Below, in pieces: positions 1 to 12,860 of a stretch of DNA of 64,000 nt. This DNA comes from Balanoglossus misakiensis. Lineage: Eukaryota > Animalia > Hemichordata. The stretch is from NCBI GenBank assembly GCA_040954595.2, contig CM082576.2, forward strand, positions 17,655,028-17,719,027, read 5' to 3'. The notes beneath the pieces were generated by a model. It ran no database searches and was not told the DNA's origin. It saw nothing but the letters and a program-made list of their open reading frames with translations. Made by a program: the position numbers and the translations under genes. Position 1 is the first letter of the stretch. Each line of letters opens with the position of its first letter.

Positions 1-57
1 TCAGGTCTTCACAACCCTATGAACAAGAAAATGACAATAAAATATATCAAAATTTAA

Positions 58-790
58 GGTGGCATTGCATGAAACCGTCGAGACTTTTTCAGATGCCTAT
101 TTCTCATCAAAGACAAAGTTAAAACCCCCATAAACCATATATATTCTGGAAGCTGAGATTTTGAACTTTTGTTTGAGTTGCAAATATTATTGATCCCCGG
201 AAATGGTGGCGATTTTGGGTGAAAAAAAACATTTTTTGATATTATGTCATGAAATTTAAAATAGGTAAAAACGTTGACCATGCATCATGCATCTTAATAT
301 GTCATTCGAAACTAGAGTACACGTGCAAAAAAACGGTAATTTTGTTTTGCGTTATCTGCTTCCATTGAGGAGTAACAGCGTTTGAAAGTTAGATTTTTAG
401 TAAAATTTGATCAAATTCACGGCGAGTTGTATTGAATCAGTGTTTATTCCCGCCAGGGACACTTTATCGACTAACAAAAATACCGTTTTGTTGGATGGGT
501 TATACACAATCCCCAGTTAAAATTTGAGCAAATTCGGCCAACGCAGAGCGAAGCTATTTTCGTCTGAAGTTGTCAAGAGCAGCGAAAATGCAAACTGAGA
601 AAAACGGCCATTTGCATTGTTGACACCTATTTGTTAAGCTGTGAACTCATTCAGAAAAGTGCTATTTTGGGGTGATTATGCACCATTTCCGCCAAGACGT
701 ATTAGTAAGGGTGTGGTCAGTATTAGGCCTACCGATTTATGTAAAAACGTAAAATTTGGCAAAAATCACAACTTTTCATGCAATGCCACC
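58..790. mobile_element. Non-autonomous TTAA-target DNA transposon (Kolobok-like MITE)
   Basis: Perfect 17-bp TIR GGTGGCATTGCATGAAA (58-74) / TTTCATGCAATGCCACC (774-790). Flanked by TTAA on both sides (54-57, 791-794). RR termini with a TTAA TSD fit Kolobok. No coding capacity. Confidence 0.8.
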
Positions 791-856
791 TTAACCATAT
801 TTTATTTACATCAGCAGTGTTTGCATTACATTGTAAAAATTTTATCAGCATTTGTT

Positions 857-3800
857 AGGTCCCATTGGTATATACCATGGGACCTTATGGGATCGGTTGC
901 CTCTGTACACTAAGGACTGAATGTCCTGTTCTACCTGGCGCGCCTGCTCCTGAACGCAGCAAGCCAGGTGGCTCGCCCTGCTCGCCAGGCCCGGTGAGCG
1001 TGCTTGCTGAGCGCGCCAGGCTTGCATCCTGAATATTCATGAGCTACCTGGCTTGCATGGCCAACCAGGTCACAGGAAGCGCGCTTGTTTACCTGGCGCA
1101 CTAGACTTACTCCAAGTCTATGGGCTTCATTATGTGTAGGGAACGCGTAGACCCACGCTACCCAAAACCACAAGCTCAGTCCCAAATTCGAAACTCACCT
1201 CACTACCAAAACCACGCTCAAGGCAAGCATGCACGCAAAAAGTATTGACATTATTTATTAAGACAAAAAACCATCGAAAACACCTTAACTATTTAGATTT
1301 AAAAATCACCAAGCGACTAGTACTGGGCCAGTCTACTGGCGCACCGGTTGCTTACCAGCAAGGAAGCAGGTCGGTTTGAACCCCAAATACGTTTGATTGA
1401 TCCCATGGCATTTCTGTTTTTTCTAGTCTAGTTGCGCAACCTCCAATTCAGATAAAGAATGCTAGTGGTTCAAAACACTATGTACATGTAGTCATGTATG
1501 TTCATTTGTAACCTGTGTTTTATGTTACCACAGATGCATACATGTAAAGCATACACGTACAAAATACAGATCAATTGCAGCAACTTAAAAATGACGAATA
1601 TCGTAGCACTTCCTGTTTCTTGCTAACAGGGGATTAGCCCTCAGAATCTGTGTGCGTCCACACACTAAACGGACATTGTTTTGAGATCAACGCCGTCTAA
1701 TGGCAATGTTTAGGAACACGGCAACTAACAAAAATTGAGGACGTCGAGGACATGTAATTGCAACATATCTCAGTTTATATACCTGGATATGCGTTCTAGA
1801 CGACTTTGTCGTCTTCTTCATGACCGTTTTGATATCGTATAGAAGTACTGGATGTTAATCCACAAATCGAAAACGCCTCGTCTTTTCGGCGATCGAAAGA
1901 ACCTAAAGTTGGTGGCAGACAGAAGTGTTGCAGACCCGGCTAACCGCGAGTGGCTAGAAAACCACTCGCGTCCAGTGTGATTGACTCAACAATGGAAACT
2001 GACCCAAGACAATAGGTTACCTAGATAAACATAATCAAAAGTAACCACAGGGTTGTGCTTTGCGTTCTCACTGTATATTTGCTTCGGTCTGGATGTGAAC
2101 CACTGTCATCGCTGTCGAAAATTAACACCGGCGCAGCACAGGCGAAAAGCATTCTCAAGTATTTTTTCCCGTCGGAGTCGTATCTGGATCGTTGCTACAC
2201 CGGTACTACACCGTTGAAAACGTTAATCAATGTACAACTCTCCTTCTCAATATAAGTTTTATTTCAGACTAGGCATTCAGGGAGGGGCGTTTAATTCACT
2301 ACGAACAAAATGTGTCCGTTCTTAGTGTTAGTTTTCTTTATTAAGCATTTAAAACACAATTACACTACATTAGTTGTACAAATGCAAGGGAACATTTCCT
2401 TTCTGAACGAGAGAATGACAATCCGACAAACATGCTGATAAAGCCCCCACCCCCCCCCAAAAAAAAAAAAAAAAAAAAAAAAACATCAACGGCGGAGAGC
2501 TTTATCGATTGCCTTGATGCAATGTTTTGACCACACGTCGCGCTCGGCGGATCGCGGAAAATCGTGGGATTATATTACCATGGCCTGTGCGTCGCATTTT
2601 AATTGGTCGAGATGAACGACGTCACTGACCACAAATACTCAGTAATGGTTTGTTTACATGCCCGTAAATCTGAATAGTAATATTAGCAAACAGTTCAGTG
2701 AATACAACATTTTGCGTAACACAAGTTCCGGGGCCCCTAGTGGGACATTTTCGTAAATTTTGACGGTTTTCTTGATTTTGTTGGTAATATAATGGAAATA
2801 ACCGACTCCGCCCTGACCCTAAACGTTTGTTTATGGGCGCGGGCTCGCCCTTGCCCATAAACAAACGTTAATGGTCAGGGCGTCGTCCATTATTTCTAAA
2901 ATATTTTCGGAAAGTTGCTCCTTCAACTTTCTTAAGCCTTCTGGGACTTAACTTCAATTTCTGTTTGGTACCCCCAAACACACGCCCTGTGCAATTACGT
3001 CCGACGCGTTCACTCGGCGAATAAACCATAAACACAAGGTTCTTGGCAAAGTTGCCTGTAGAGCAACTTACGACCTTACACCGGTCTATATAATTATGAT
3101 TCTGGTATGAGAACATCCCCGGTGATAGGAGGGAACCATAGTGGAGGCGGAGTAGTCTCAATCATCCCCGCTGTCTGCGGAGACGTGAGAATCGGCTGTA
3201 CTGCCGGCTGTAGTGTAGTTTGGAACGGTGGTGTAATATCAGCGGCTGGGCGTGGTGGGAGTGGTGTTGGTGACAAGGTGGGCACTGTTGGAATCGGCGG
3301 GGACATGATCATAGTGCCTGATCGAATGAATTGAACGATCGTTACACACATTATTGTCGCGGTGAACGGACGCGCGTATACGTGTTGTCGATCACAGACA
3401 ACAGTGTGGTCGATACTCTGACTGATTTGTCGTAGTTTCTCTGTTTGGGAAATGGATGAAGTCACATTATTGTGCTTTGTAAGACGCAAATTACAATACT
3501 AGTATGTATGTAATATTTGAGTCATAGATTGTTCTTGTTTTCATGAGCCTGACACTCAGAACTATGAACGTAGGATCCTAGTGACCGGCGCATCAAATTG
3601 TATTTTTAAAACAAACCACAGACAAAAATGTACCGACTTCAGAAGTTTTTGTTCATTGAGTTCACACATATTTTATTTTGAGGTACTGACGAACAAAAAG
3701 GTGATAACAACCTGAAGAACGTGGCTGGCCGAGCATAAACATGTAACACCCGTGGACGCTGGGAGATACAGTACAGAGAAAGCGGGTAGATTTTTACTCT

Positions 3801-6800
3801 GAAACAAAGATAAGCTTTAATAGATGCAGTGTATCACTATTTCCTAAATTTACATCACGACCGCGCAACGTAACTGCGGTCCATTGCATGTAAGTGTGCG
3901 GGCATCTACACCAAAAACAGCGACACGGTGCCGTTACAATTATTCCAGCTAAATATAAACACAAGAAAACACGAATCGCGATCTGTGGATTCCCTGGATA
4001 TGATTTTGAATCTGCAATAGACTTTATAGTTTTGGAGATCATGTTGAGGAAAAAAACTTGATCGCACAAATTAGTAAAAAATACATTTATGGGGTAGCCG
4101 GTACGATCCTACTGACCAAAGGCTACCTCCCGGGGCCCACCCCATCCACACCTGTGATTTACTAATGTGCAGGCTAGTCGTCAGTAGGTGTTCTTTTTCC
4201 TGTTATGCAGATTATTCATCATTGTCGATTTCATATGAGTATCAATGCGTATGACTGCTCGCAGTATACTCTCGGGCTTGATTGTTCCGACTTTTTCGTC
4301 CATAATTCTGACTACGTCCGCGAACCTTGTTGAGTGACCGTGATTCAACCAAGCGAAAATAGCTACCCATCACTCTAATTATTGCAGCTATGCTAGTTAT
4401 AAACACAATCGCAATTTTGATCGTGACATAGGCCATATATACTTTTAAATTTAAAAGGAAAAAGGAAACTTTTACTTTTGATGCATTAATTTACGAGCAG
4501 TGATTTAAGTGTGAAAAATAAAAGTACGTTCGAAGCCCTCGCTGTTTCTTCTGACAGCGGTATAGCCTCAGCGGGTTTTCCCGCTCTGCACTCGGATAGA
4601 AAGCAGAAATGTAAGGAAAATCCACAATGTCTGACAGGTGGTCAGTTTGTACAATGAGTAACTCTCATGACGAATCCTTTATCTTCGAAAGAGAAAGCTT
4701 CAAATTGGGAGAAACAATTAGGTGTTAACGATAATGGCGTTGCTTTGTTGTTTTTTCTGTGCTGAAAGGCATTTTTGTATTGGGGTAAAGAAAATTGTGT
4801 ACAAATTATTACACGTCACATTTGTCGACTCCTGTATTTTAAAACACACAGTACCACAAACGAGAGCAAAGTTCGGTCGTATTTAACGTACAAAGGATCT
4901 TTTCCTTTTTGTTGTTGTTGCTCGATAGATCATTATTCAGAAGGTCTATTTGAACATGCACGTCTCTATGGCTTCTCAGTGTACATGTATATATAGACTG
5001 TGCCGTGTCGATGGTTCCTGGTCATTTGTTCGTATGGCAACGAGTTTCAATAAGTTATATTTGCATATCGAGAGAGTGTTTTCTGCATTAAAGTTTTCGC
5101 CCCAAGCACTAGATTACTGAATAAGTTCAGAGCTGATTCTCGACTTTAGTAGTTCCGACATCGATGAATTTCCCCGTTTTGCTGTTTATTTGTACTTGAG
5201 GACATTTTTATTCTACTCTGATGTGACTTGCTGTATAGTTTGTAACATTTATGTAAACTCAAAATTTTCCCTATTATTTTTCACATGTTCTAAAATAAAA
5301 AAAAATGTTACTTCACAATATCATAGTGTCATACATGTATGTGTGCACCTGTATCTAACTCACTGTCACTGACGGTGAGTTTAAGATCTACTTAAACTGG
5401 CATTGAATATGACTGGAGTCTATGCAATAGTTTGACAGAATGAGCACTAGCTAGACATTTCATAGTTATTCAGGAGTGCTTGTTTGATGCGGATTGTATG
5501 TTGTTACATGGAGGTGGGACGGAAAGGAACTACACCTGCTACTCTTGTTTTTGAGGCAAGTCTGTGATTCCACTTGTTTACCGAGTAAACACGACTGTTT
5601 ATTGGCAAGGCTACTCGCATGTTGCTGACATCAAAAGGAAATCAATAAAATAAAAGTTTGATACACGAAGAATGCAATCAGAACACAATATACATTCTAT
5701 TGTTTTGAGAATATCCATCTAATTTATTAGGCGATGAAACAGGTAGAGAGTCCCTGCGTCAGACCATAGCTACGCGCGATTGTACAATCATGTATTAAAA
5801 CAAACATGGCGTCGATCGACGACATCACATCACGAAGAGAGATCGAGTCACAGTCCGATCGAGTAATGGAGGTAGAGCCCCAGGCAAACGCGAACGATCT
5901 TACATGTTTGCTAACTTTGATGATTAGGTTGCTATGATCAATCTAGGCCCGATCAAGAAGACTGAGCTAGAATCTGTCGAGGTAAACCATGTCACATTGA
6001 TTACATCTCGGACACATGCAGACCATCTCTTTTTACGTCCATGTGCAGACACACACGAAACGTCTAATTTATTCCGACGGGTGACATGCTAGCCCAATTC
6101 TTAACTCCAGAGTTCTCAAACATGCCCTCTTCTCATTCTAAGACTGGCAGACTTCTCATGTGTTCATTCGGGCCCGCCAAACACAGCAAGCGCAGTGGGC
6201 CCATGGGCTAGCTGGGCCCGGTGCGGGCCCACCAAACACATTTAATTAGCAAGCCCTGCGGGCCCATGGGCCTGCTGGGACCGGAGGGACCGAGCCCCCT
6301 GGCGCGCGCAGCAAGCCACTGAGCGCGCAAGGCAAGCGCGCCATGTGCAGGACATTCAGTCCGTAGTGTATGTATGGATGGATGTATGTATGTCTGTATG
6401 TCCGTCCACATCAAAAACCTGAAAACCGCTGCGTGTATCACATTGATATTTGTTGTGCAGATGCAGACTGGGCTGTAGATGGGAGTTTGTTCAAATGAAG
6501 TTGTCATTGCCAAAAATATGCAAATTAGCTGGAAAAATGTGAATTTGGTCAAACCTAAGTAACTCAACTACTGGTCAGATTGCTTTGCAAAGTGCTGTGT
6601 AGTTACTTTATGAATTTTTTTTGAATTAGGCAGGAAGCCCCCTCAGTGTGATTTATATGTACACAGCAAATTCCTGAATGATTACATAACTGGCTAAGTT
6701 TTAAAGAGGCCAGCTGTTCTATTTACTGTATGTACAGTACATATGCCATTGGCAGCTTATGGGTCAGTCAGTGCTTGCCCATTGATCTCTCGCTATGTGT

Positions 6801-6905
6801 GTGTGTGTGTCTGTGTCTGTCTGTCTGTATATGGCCATGTACTCTGGTGTACACTTTTTCTTGTGTAATCCCTCAATGGGACCACTGTGTCCTTGACGCG
6901 ATTTT
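857..6905 (+). mobile_element. Helentron-associated non-autonomous element (HINE/DINE-like), split by a CACTA insertion
   Basis: 5' end AGGTCCCATTGGTATATACCATGGGACC (sub-terminal inverted repeat), then a (TGTA/TGGA)n microsatellite that resumes at 6369. 3' ATGGGACCAC followed by a small GTGTC-CTT-GACGC hairpin and T run near 6876-6906. A homologous copy lies on the minus strand at 29410-30533. Confidence 0.6.
908..6368. mobile_element. Non-autonomous CACTA/EnSpm DNA transposon (~5.46 kb)
   Basis: 21-bp TIR CACTAAGGACTGAATGTCCTG (908-928) / CAGGACATTCAGTCCGTAGTG (6348-6368), one mismatch. TA duplicated on each side (906-907, 6369-6370). GC-rich subterminal repeats (GCGCGC, GCAAGC). Removing it restores the host element seen at 30230-30533. 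Confidence 0.8.
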
Positions 6906-7046
6906 TATCGTTTTGAATGTATGCATTCAATCTAAAAAAATAACAGAGAAATCATACCTGCAACATGGTCAGCCAGTTCAGGTCCCTGAAATGAACATTT
7001 GGGCAGTTTTTCTTCGCCATATAGTAAATGATGGTCATGGCAGCCT

Positions 7047-7999
7047 TCACATTTGCTTCTTCTTTGCTCTAAGCACTTGAAACCACATCTTGAAATGCAA
7101 GAGCATAAACCTGGGCATCAGCTGCAGCTTTATGTTCAGCAATCCTAGCATGCTTTTTACAGTTAATCTCAGGAGATTTGGGCACCAAGGACTAGTGAAG
7201 GAATTTCTATTGCCAGCTTTTTTGCACAATTGACAGCTCATAAGTTTTGTATCGTGATCATATTCAAGCCACAGAAAACACACCTTGAAAAGAAAAGTGT
7301 GAAATTATTCGTTAGTGTCCAGTCAGAAAACGGGTGTTTTACACATTGATATGTAAATGAGCAATGCGTATATGTAAATGAGTATCCGACTTCTGCCCAT
7401 CAATCATCAGAACATTTGATAGTTCACGTACCTTCAGTCAACGACCTCACTTTTACAACATTTTACACTAAAATATTTAGAATCTGCGACAAAATCTGCC
7501 AATTTTACTGACCAATACCATTATTTTTTTCTTTTGAGCAACCGTCGTTTTCCCCCAAAATGGCCCAAAGTGTTGCCCAATAACATTTTTCTAATGTACT
7601 TTTAGAGAAGTATCATCATAGCCACTCAGTAAAACCTAACCTCAGCTAATCAAATTTTCTGATGGAGCTAATCGACTTTTCCGAGGGATTCGTACGAATT
7701 TTTTTAGGAAAATAAAACCAATTTTATTTATTAATTAGTTGAAATTCGCCAATCAGGAACAAATCATACGCAGCTCACAAACGACAAAATATGATAGACT
7801 GACTCACCTTCCACTCAGGCAAGAATTTCGCGCTACATCGTTCAGCCCTCTTTAGCTTTTTTTCAACACTTTCTTGAGTTGCTTGTTTTTCCGCGTCGGT
7901 AGCATTTTCCTCTGGTTTCTGACAGTATCCATCTAACGTATTCACCACTGTCCTTGCCCACTCCGATCCCCCCGACACACCAACTGGCCGACCTGCCAT
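7047..7999 (-). pseudogene. Spliced remnant of a TTF-type zinc finger / ZNF862-like hAT transposase N-terminus
   Basis: KFLPEWK then donor gtgagt (~7807), acceptor ttttcaag (~7283), then VCFLWLEYDHDTKLMSCQLCKKAGNRNSFT. Matches the F..W...F.WL.Y......C..C pattern of hAT TTF zinc fingers. Degenerates downstream. Confidence 0.55.
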
Positions 8000-8226
8000 T
8001 TTTAATTTTGATGCTAATGAAAAAGTTTACAGCACGTGTCGATTTAGGGTGTCTCGAAACTACCTTGAATCACGTGCTGCGTTCAAACACAGCAGTGTAC
8101 GGTACGGGGATATTGAAACCTTTCAGCGCATGCTCAATTCCAGTGCAGTTCCGTTTTTTTCACATGACCCCTGGGGTGTTCGGCTGTTCTCCTCCACAGG
8201 GATAAATTTGTCCTCCGCCTATCCCT

Positions 8227-9005
8227 CTACAGCCCGTAGAGATGGCGGGCATTCTACAGGCACCCCTCAAGTAGTTCCTGGAAATGGACTCCACGCCCCC
8301 GAGCCACCTCCATAGCCACGTCTCCGATGTTGGCCCGGGGGACTGCTCCTTGACTGGCCCCCAGGGTGTACAACGGAGAGTTGGTTTCTACCAACAAGCG
8401 ATCTTCTGGGACTTCCCTCAATCCTGCCATCTGGATCCTGTCGAAGGACTTCACGGCAGCAGTAAATCCGAAATAACTTCGTGGGAAACGGCGCCGCCAC
8501 TCCTTCACTGCTTCTTTGGTCCTCCGGAAGTTGTGGATGTGCAGAGGTTGTTTCCTCCCGCAGGCCGCCTCGGCTATGACCATCGCCTTTGTGTGTACGT
8601 CCAGCACGTACCGGTCCTCTTCCGTCCCCTCCAGGGCGGTGATTGCCGGGAAATCGGTTCCCCCAGCTCAAGCAAACTGCCGAAGACGTCTTCCTGTTCA
8701 TACCAAACAGAGGGACCCTCTCTTCGGTCTAGCCCAATATCGCCCTTGGCTATGACGTCGGGATGATCAAACAGCCTCTGTAACTGACGATACTCGCCAC
8801 GCCCGAAACGCTGTACCTCCGCAGGGCGGACTCCCACAGCCGCCTTCCACCCTGGATCGCACCGTATGTCGTCTGGGTATCTGCTTGGCTGTGAATACAC
8901 TTGCATTCCCCCTACCACGTGAACTGTGTATTGTGGACGCACGGTGTCACTCGGTCGTTCCGTGGCCGGATCGCTCTGTACGTGCGCATTAAAGGCCCCT
9001 GGCAT
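8227..9005 (-). pseudogene. TatD-family metal-dependent DNase, intronless and frameshifted
   Basis: Two frames (8574-9005, 8254-8607) carry TatD motifs: AVGVRP, VIAKGDIGLD, LHIHNF, YFGFT, LREVPEDRLLVETNSP. After an in-frame stop it ends NARHLYGL*. GC-rich relative to flanks. Confidence 0.75.
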
Positions 9006-9254
9006 GGTGGGCTCTACAGAAAAGCTTCATTTGATGGGCGGTCACTTAAATTTTGAAATCCAAAAGGGGTTAGTTTGTTTTCGAGTTCATTAAAATGCAA
9101 CTTTGAGCTCCGTATTTTGCAAAATTTCCTTAAGTGGAAGGGGACACCCCCACACCCACTCCCTTCACTTTTCTTGTTTTACCAATTCTACCAACTATTG
9201 TATTGATTTGTCACACCTCAATTATAAATAAGAAATTGTCGTTGTTTTCGAGGT

Positions 9255-9995
9255 CTATTCCTGGCTTGGATCATTACTGTGGAGGGGGTGTAATTCCAGT
9301 TTGGTTGATTTGACTTCCTCCTTCAGTAAAGATTGTTGGTCTTGTTTCGTCTCTTCTGGGCACTTAATGGGGAATAGCAGTTTCAGTGGTCGATTGATGC
9401 ACTTCTTGGATGGAAGGAGAACTTTCGCTGCACGATGAGCTCCATCTTCACTCTTGATCACCTTGTGAATTTTCCCTAAATTCCAAGATGAACGAGGCAA
9501 GTTTTCCTTTAAAATTACCACGTCACCAATCTTCGGTCGACTTGATGCTTGGATTCTTGACGAACGTAGGTAGTTCTGGGTCCGTTCTCTAAGATTCAGA
9601 AGATAGTTGTCCTTCCATAAATTCCAGAATCTGTTGAGATGTGCCTGTCCCTTCTTCCATGATTGGATGAGTTTCTCAGCTGATGGCAGTCTTGGTTTAT
9701 ACTCCGAGGTCAGTTCTATCATCAGGGATTCCAGTCTTCGTATTGAGTGTAAGGAACATTGCTTGTGTTAAAATCACCGATGAATTAATGCTGTCATCTA
9801 CATAATACCAATGGACAAGAGTTGACCACAGCCTCTGTTTCAACTGCTGGTGTGTGCAGCTTGTCGTATGTCAGACAATGTTTTCCGATAGTTTTCCGTA
9901 GACACTTCTTGACTGACCCTACCAATCTCTCGTAGATTCCACCCATCCATGGAGCCTGCTTTATGATAAATGTCCACTTGATACCTTGATTAGTA
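9255..9995 (-). mobile_element. BEL/Pao retrotransposon integrase 3' fragment (degenerate)
   Basis: QAPWMGGIYERLVGSVKKCL and RFWNLWKDNYLLNLRER...PRSSWNLGKI. Diverged paralog of 20350-21070. Confidence 0.9.
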
Positions 9996-10819
9996 ACTTC
10001 AAGTATGCGAACTATGTTGTCAATTGGCAATAAGAAATTTATACACAACACAATTTAAGATGGAACAGCGTCACACGTTACGAAAGTGATAGTGGTTCAA
10101 ACATCATGAATCAGCTGTAATACTTCGTTCATTAAAATCTTCTCTCAACTCTAATAGCAACTAGTAAAGTGTTGTTGTTACTATTACGTACTCCCATCTT
10201 ATTAATATTATTAAGATGGGAGTGACGTTGGACGATCGGTGCCGAAGGAAATCCTGTGGGCGACTGACATCCACCAGCAATGTTGACAGCCATTTACTCA
10301 AATTACCCAGCAACTGTAGGGTACGAAAACCTCACTCAAGCAACCACCTGTTCTTGTGATCCACTTTGCTTGTCTGTCGACTGTCATTGGAAAATTTGGG
10401 AACACGGTATGCACAAATTCTGCATTCCTTTACACCATAAAAAAACATTGTAGAATAAAAAAAATACAAGGTTAAACTATTGGCTAGTAAAACATGTATA
10501 TGTTTTCAAAAAGTGGATTTGATTTGAATTACGATCTATTCTCAATGAATATAAATCTACGCTTCTCCACTGACGTACATATCCCAACACATTCAACCAT
10601 CGCTCTCTGAACTCTCTCTGTTCTATTTCTTGATTGTTTCTCCCTTATCCTTGTCCTTGCCCTTCCCTTCCCCAACCCGTCCAGCACTTGCCGACTGGGT
10701 GATCATGACTGACCGTGTTGTAGACAGATTTATCACTTTTCTTCTTTGGATTTCCTTGCGATGGGCTGACGACTAACTATTAATTCAAATTAACTATTAA
10801 TTCAAAAAAAAAAAAAATC

Positions 10820-11780
10820 ATGATAATTAAGTCAGCCAGGAAACCCATAAATACTGTGGGTAATTTGAGTGTTGATGGATCCATAATAGATGGTGTTTTA
10901 TCTACCAACTACTTAGGTTTGTCAATTGATCACAACATGACTTGGAAAACCCACATTGAGAAAGTCACCGATTCAATCGCTCCATTAGTAGGCATCATTT
11001 CCAAAATTCGTTATTTTGATCCCAGGTCTACACTTATTCTCATCCACAATTCCCTGATTTTACCATGTATTTGTTATTGCATTGAAGTATGCGGCAACAC
11101 ATAGTCTACCTTTCTCCATGCAATTCTCAACCTGCAAAAAAAAAAATAGTACGTCTCGTCACTTTTTCGGACCCTTGTACACAATCAGCTCCCCTCTTCC
11201 GACAGCTCAATATTCTTGATATCCACAAGCAATGTAGATTAAGCACCTGTTTACTAGAATAGTCGTTTTATACACAGTGTACATCATTACCTCGACCAAC
11301 TGCCTCATGATTATCCAACACGTCTTGCAACACATGACAACTTTTATATTCCAAAAGTAAATCCTTCCATAATTCAACATAGTCTCAAATATGCTGCCAC
11401 CAAACACTGGAATTCACTGCCAGACAAACTGAAACAAATCCACAATAGAACTGCCTTTAAGATGCAGTTAAGGGAACACCTTTTTTCAAGTACTTGATCT
11501 GTACCCCAGTCTTTTCAGCATGCCCCGTCACCTTTCTGTTGTTTGTCTTTCTTGACCAGTACTTTCTTAAATAGTTTTTTTCGTCAGTCTCAGATATTGT
11601 ATAATATTTACTTACCCGATACTTAGGTGCCAGAAACTCGACTAGTTCTTAAGAACTATATTTTGTGGCTCCTGCCAGAAAATGTTTTTATTTTCTATTG
11701 TACTCTATAATTTTGATGTAAATGCTTCCTATCATTTTTTTGGGCAAATAAATTATTATTATCATTATTATTATTATTTT
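10820..11780 (+). mobile_element. LINE 3' fragment (CR1/L2 group, Crack/Daphne-like RT C-terminus) with (TTA)n tail
   Basis: YLGLSIDHNMTWKTHI...SLILPCICYCIEVCG...LQKK...SAPLFRQLNIL with stops and frameshifts. AATAAA plus (TTA)n tail at ~11747-11780. Confidence 0.75.
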
Positions 11781-11818
11781 CCCGACCAATTTTATCTAGC
11801 AGCTATTTCCTATATTGA

Positions 11819-12382
11819 TTATTTGCGTTGCGGAATATCGCCGAACAATATTATTGAACAATTGGACATTTGCTTCAGACTCTTAATCAACAAACAGGCG
11901 TTTCCAAGCAAATTTACATCATCGAGCAACTTATTTTCGGTTTGACTAATAACTTTGCCCCAAAGCTTTCCAAATGCATACGTCGTCTTTCTACTTGACA
12001 AAAAGTCAAAGGCATTGTAAGAAATATGCTGAAGCGACCGTCTTATCTTTTGTCGCCTGACTGTCTCTTCTAAGCTAGATTTTTCAGTCGATGTTTCAAG
12101 AAGCTGAGAATCTGAAGCTTCAAACATGGTTAACAAATTCAGTATTGCTTTCCATTTCTCGTACTTAGCACGGTCACTATACATTATTCTTCTCAATTTA
12201 GCAGTGACTGAATATTTTACTTTGGCAACACAACGGCCACCCAGATACCGCAGCTTTCCCAACCCACTTTCTGATGCACGTATCGTTGATCTCGGAATGT
12301 CTACTTTCTCAACCTGATCCCGTAGAATTTTCTCTTCTACATGTTTGAACACCCTTGCTCTGAGTGCATCAGCACTGTTCAT
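11819..12382 (-). pseudogene. Unidentified ORF fragment, probably transposon-derived
   Basis: 187-aa open frame with LRYLGGRCVAK, reminiscent of the YIxGY helix of DNA-transposon C-terminal regions. Bounded by TE fragments. Confidence 0.25.
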
Positions 12383-12567
12383 TACACTGCCATACTAGTC
12401 CGTGTTCGGTTGGTGTCCCAGGAGATCACGGATTGAAGTGTTGAACTCATCGAATTTAACAAACCGATCATACGTCTTGAGGAGAGAAGTCGACTCCTTT
12501 GTGTACTGCCCTCGAATCTTAAATATAAAATGTGCGTGGGATCAAAACATAAATTACAAAACACCGT

Positions 12568-12860
12568 TTGTTATTCTACATGTGGGTATATAGTGAATGA
12601 ACGTTCAACCACACACAACTTCCATCCCTCTTATGGACAGGAGAGTGAAAAAACTCGCCAAAATGAATAATCGTTCTTTACCATTTATTAATTTTGGGCG
12701 AGTTTTTACTCTCATATCATACAAGTGGGATGAAAATTAAAGTTTTGTGTGGTTGATCATTGAAGCACTATATATCCACATGTACATTAACATAAACAGT
12801 GTCTTGTATCAAACATAATTAATGGGAAAAAGGCAGCGAGAGAGAGACTTTGTCCCTTTA
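12568..12860. mobile_element. Truncated copy of a palindromic Kolobok-like MITE
   Basis: Homologous to 30561-30911. Ends GAGAGACTTTGTCCCT-TTAA. Confidence 0.65.

Noticed and set aside
6208-6567. ORF similar to 30251-30535 suggesting a duplicated small gene
   Set aside because: The similarity comes from a shared non-coding HINE-like repeat.
8267-8766. Overlapping 144-aa and 160-aa ORFs
   Set aside because: Alternative frames of the GC-rich TatD remnant.
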